From contig CM120644.1 of assembly GCA_051362555.1 (NCBI GenBank), positions 8,440,954-8,504,953 on the forward strand: a stretch of 64,000 bases of DNA, read 5' to 3'. Numbering within the stretch: position 1 is the first letter of the stretch; every line of letters begins with the position of its first letter. The DNA is from Lingula anatina (Eukaryota > Animalia > Brachiopoda). The position numbers were made by a program, and so were the translations under genes. This document shows, in pieces, positions 62,066-64,000 of this stretch. The notes beneath the pieces are model-generated. The model saw only the letters and a list, made by a program, of their open reading frames with translations. It had not been told where the DNA came from and searched no databases.

Positions 62066-62187
62066 CTCACAATATTTAGTAATACTGGTCATGAGCAGAA
62101 TTAACTCATAATATATACCAAACCCACTCACAATATTTAGTAATACTGGTCATGAGCAGAATTAACTCATAATATATACCAAACCCA
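62066..62187. repeat. Perfect 61-bp tandem duplication
   Basis: CTCACAATATTTAGTAATACTGGTCATGAGCAGAATTAACTCATAATATATACCAAACCCA occurs twice. Confidence 0.92.
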
Positions 62188-62255
62188 TTGTTAATAGTTT
62201 GGTGCAAATACATGTAATTTGTGCCAGGAGTTAATGTGGTCAGATATACCTTTAA

Positions 62256-62423
62256 AGGCTTGTTCACAACAGGATCAACCTAAAACCTGCTCTGCACTTA
62301 ACTGCATCATCTGTCAGCCAATCAAGATGGGATCTACTACCATTTTTACCTGACCACCCTATGCTGTTAAATGATGCAGTTTAGGAACACAAGTTTTAAG
62401 TTATTCCTTATGTGAATGCGCCT
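62256..62423. mobile_element. Degenerate foldback MITE (possibly PIF/Harbinger-like)
   Basis: AGGCTTGTTCACAACAGGA...AACTGCATCAT pairs imperfectly with ATGATGCAGTT...TCCTTATGTGAATGCGCCT. The same end motif TGTGAATGCGCCT occurs at ~52398. Confidence 0.45.
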
Positions 62424-64000
62424 CAAACCTAGCTATCAGACTAGCCCTATACCACCCATGCAGCATGGAGCAAAAGCTCTCAGTAAAATGACATTTCAAG
62501 AGTATATAAGCCCCTTACCCTTAATAGCCACCAAATTGTAAGGTTTATAGATAGTAGTTATATTTGATAGATGCGTTCCCATTTATTGAAACTGACTCTG
62601 GATTTACCTAATGAGCACGCTCATTCTGCAGAAAAATTGATTGTACAATAAGAATGTCCTTGATACAAGATTTAAAAAATTCCATCTCAATACAAGTAAG
62701 AAGCTTTGCCAAGCTTATCTTACTCTATTGGAAAATGAAAAATGTTTGCCACGGTGAAACCGAGTTGTTAGTTTAAGCAAAGTATAATCCAGTTTTCTAT
62801 GGATAAATGTGGATTTCTGTCACAAGAGATATAACCATAACTTATCAAGTGAAAGGGTGACTAAAAATACATCCTTGTACAGGTTTCATAATAAAATAAG
62901 AAATTTCCAAATTATAACAAAAAACAGTTTGTGTCCTGTAAGCAAAAAACACAGTGGTCAACACTTACACAGAGCCCAAAATAAAATTTCAAAATGTCAG
63001 ACAAAACCAAGCCGAAGGTGGCCATCTCTTTAACGAAATTTAAACCCAGAGCCTGAATCAAAAGCTACACATGTAACAGATATGACAAACCTGTACATTC
63101 TGAAGCATATAATCATTAACAAATCATATCACTAACATTGTCTTTGTACCGCTTAAAAATCAGCACTCAATATTGTTAAGTCACCCCCCCAAAAATTTTT
63201 CAATATTGTCAGCAAACTTATTATATTATATTTTAAATCACATTGAGTCTAGGAGTAAAGTGACCAAAGAGAACACTATATATGAGAAGAAACAGCAGCG
63301 TGCTTCAAAAGCATGGCAATACACGAACCAATGGTCCATTTCTGCTTTCAAATTGGTATACCTTGTAAATCTTTTATCAACACTTTCACATTGCCTGTTG
63401 TAGTCAAAGTAAAATAAAAGCCTCAGTCAGTAGTTGTCCATGCAAGACAAGACCAATAAACCAGTGAGATTTGGAACCACTTTATTATTTTTTTTCCTTT
63501 TTTTTTCAAATCATCCCTACATTTAGTGTAAGATGCATTTTCGAATGCCTCTTCATTTCATGTTAAGTTCATGAAAAGTACAAATCGGGGGGGGGGGGGG
63601 GGGGGGGGGGGGAGAGACTTTATGGCTAGTAATTTAAGTGTGTACAGGCCTGTTATCATGAAGCAAAACTCAATTATACTTTTGACATCTTTTTATCCTG
63701 TATTCTAGAGTGCATTAATTCATGTTTTTAGTACAAAAGGTTACATGGGTGAAAAATAAGTATCACTAAGAGAAATAACATGTGTGAGGCCAAAGTTCAT
63801 ATCCCATGCCTGATGTCATTTTTTGACATCAAATAAAATTTTCTTTTTCTATCAATTTTAGATTTTAAAACTGCCAAAACAGTGCTTTTGCTTAAAACTG
63901 TGCTTTTGTCAATAACATTTAATAAGAGGTTACACTGGGATGAGGGCATGTCTCAAATAGTGCTCAAGGTGCTCCAAGGTGTTGTTGTGATTCCAAATCC

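Noticed and set aside
59170-64000. Further kinesin coding exons
   Set aside because: No segment matching the expected upstream coiled-coil (ALKEAKE...RDRKR-like) was recognised. The region looks intronic and its short ORFs have no motifs.

Overview
AT-rich, intron-containing metazoan DNA, probably lophotrochozoan or mollusc-like (inferred from the gene and transposon repertoire, not proven). Two housekeeping genes point inward from the edges: the 3' half of par-3/PARD3 (+, 1-11368) and the tail exons of kinesin-1 heavy chain (-, ~55.3-59.2 kb). Both lie in visibly CpG-poor DNA. Between them is a CpG-retaining ~38 kb block with four complete secretory-pathway genes, each assembled by hand with phase-consistent GT-AG exons: (1) a 1080-aa type I membrane protein with two IgGFc-binding (FCGBP N-terminal) domains and mucin stalks; (2) a 429-aa copper monooxygenase of the DBH/TBH/MOXD1 family without a DOMON domain; (3) a 181-aa soluble single-MRH-domain protein; (4) a 385-aa S1A serine protease zymogen with two N-terminal six-cysteine beta-defensin/clip-like modules. 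The block also holds many DNA transposons: an intron-containing Ginger1 element missing its DDE core, a Tc1 DD34E copy, an Academ-like long-TIR element with nested insertions, and several MITEs. No tRNA, rRNA or CRISPR array was recognised. All family calls come from motif recognition by eye; no database search was run.
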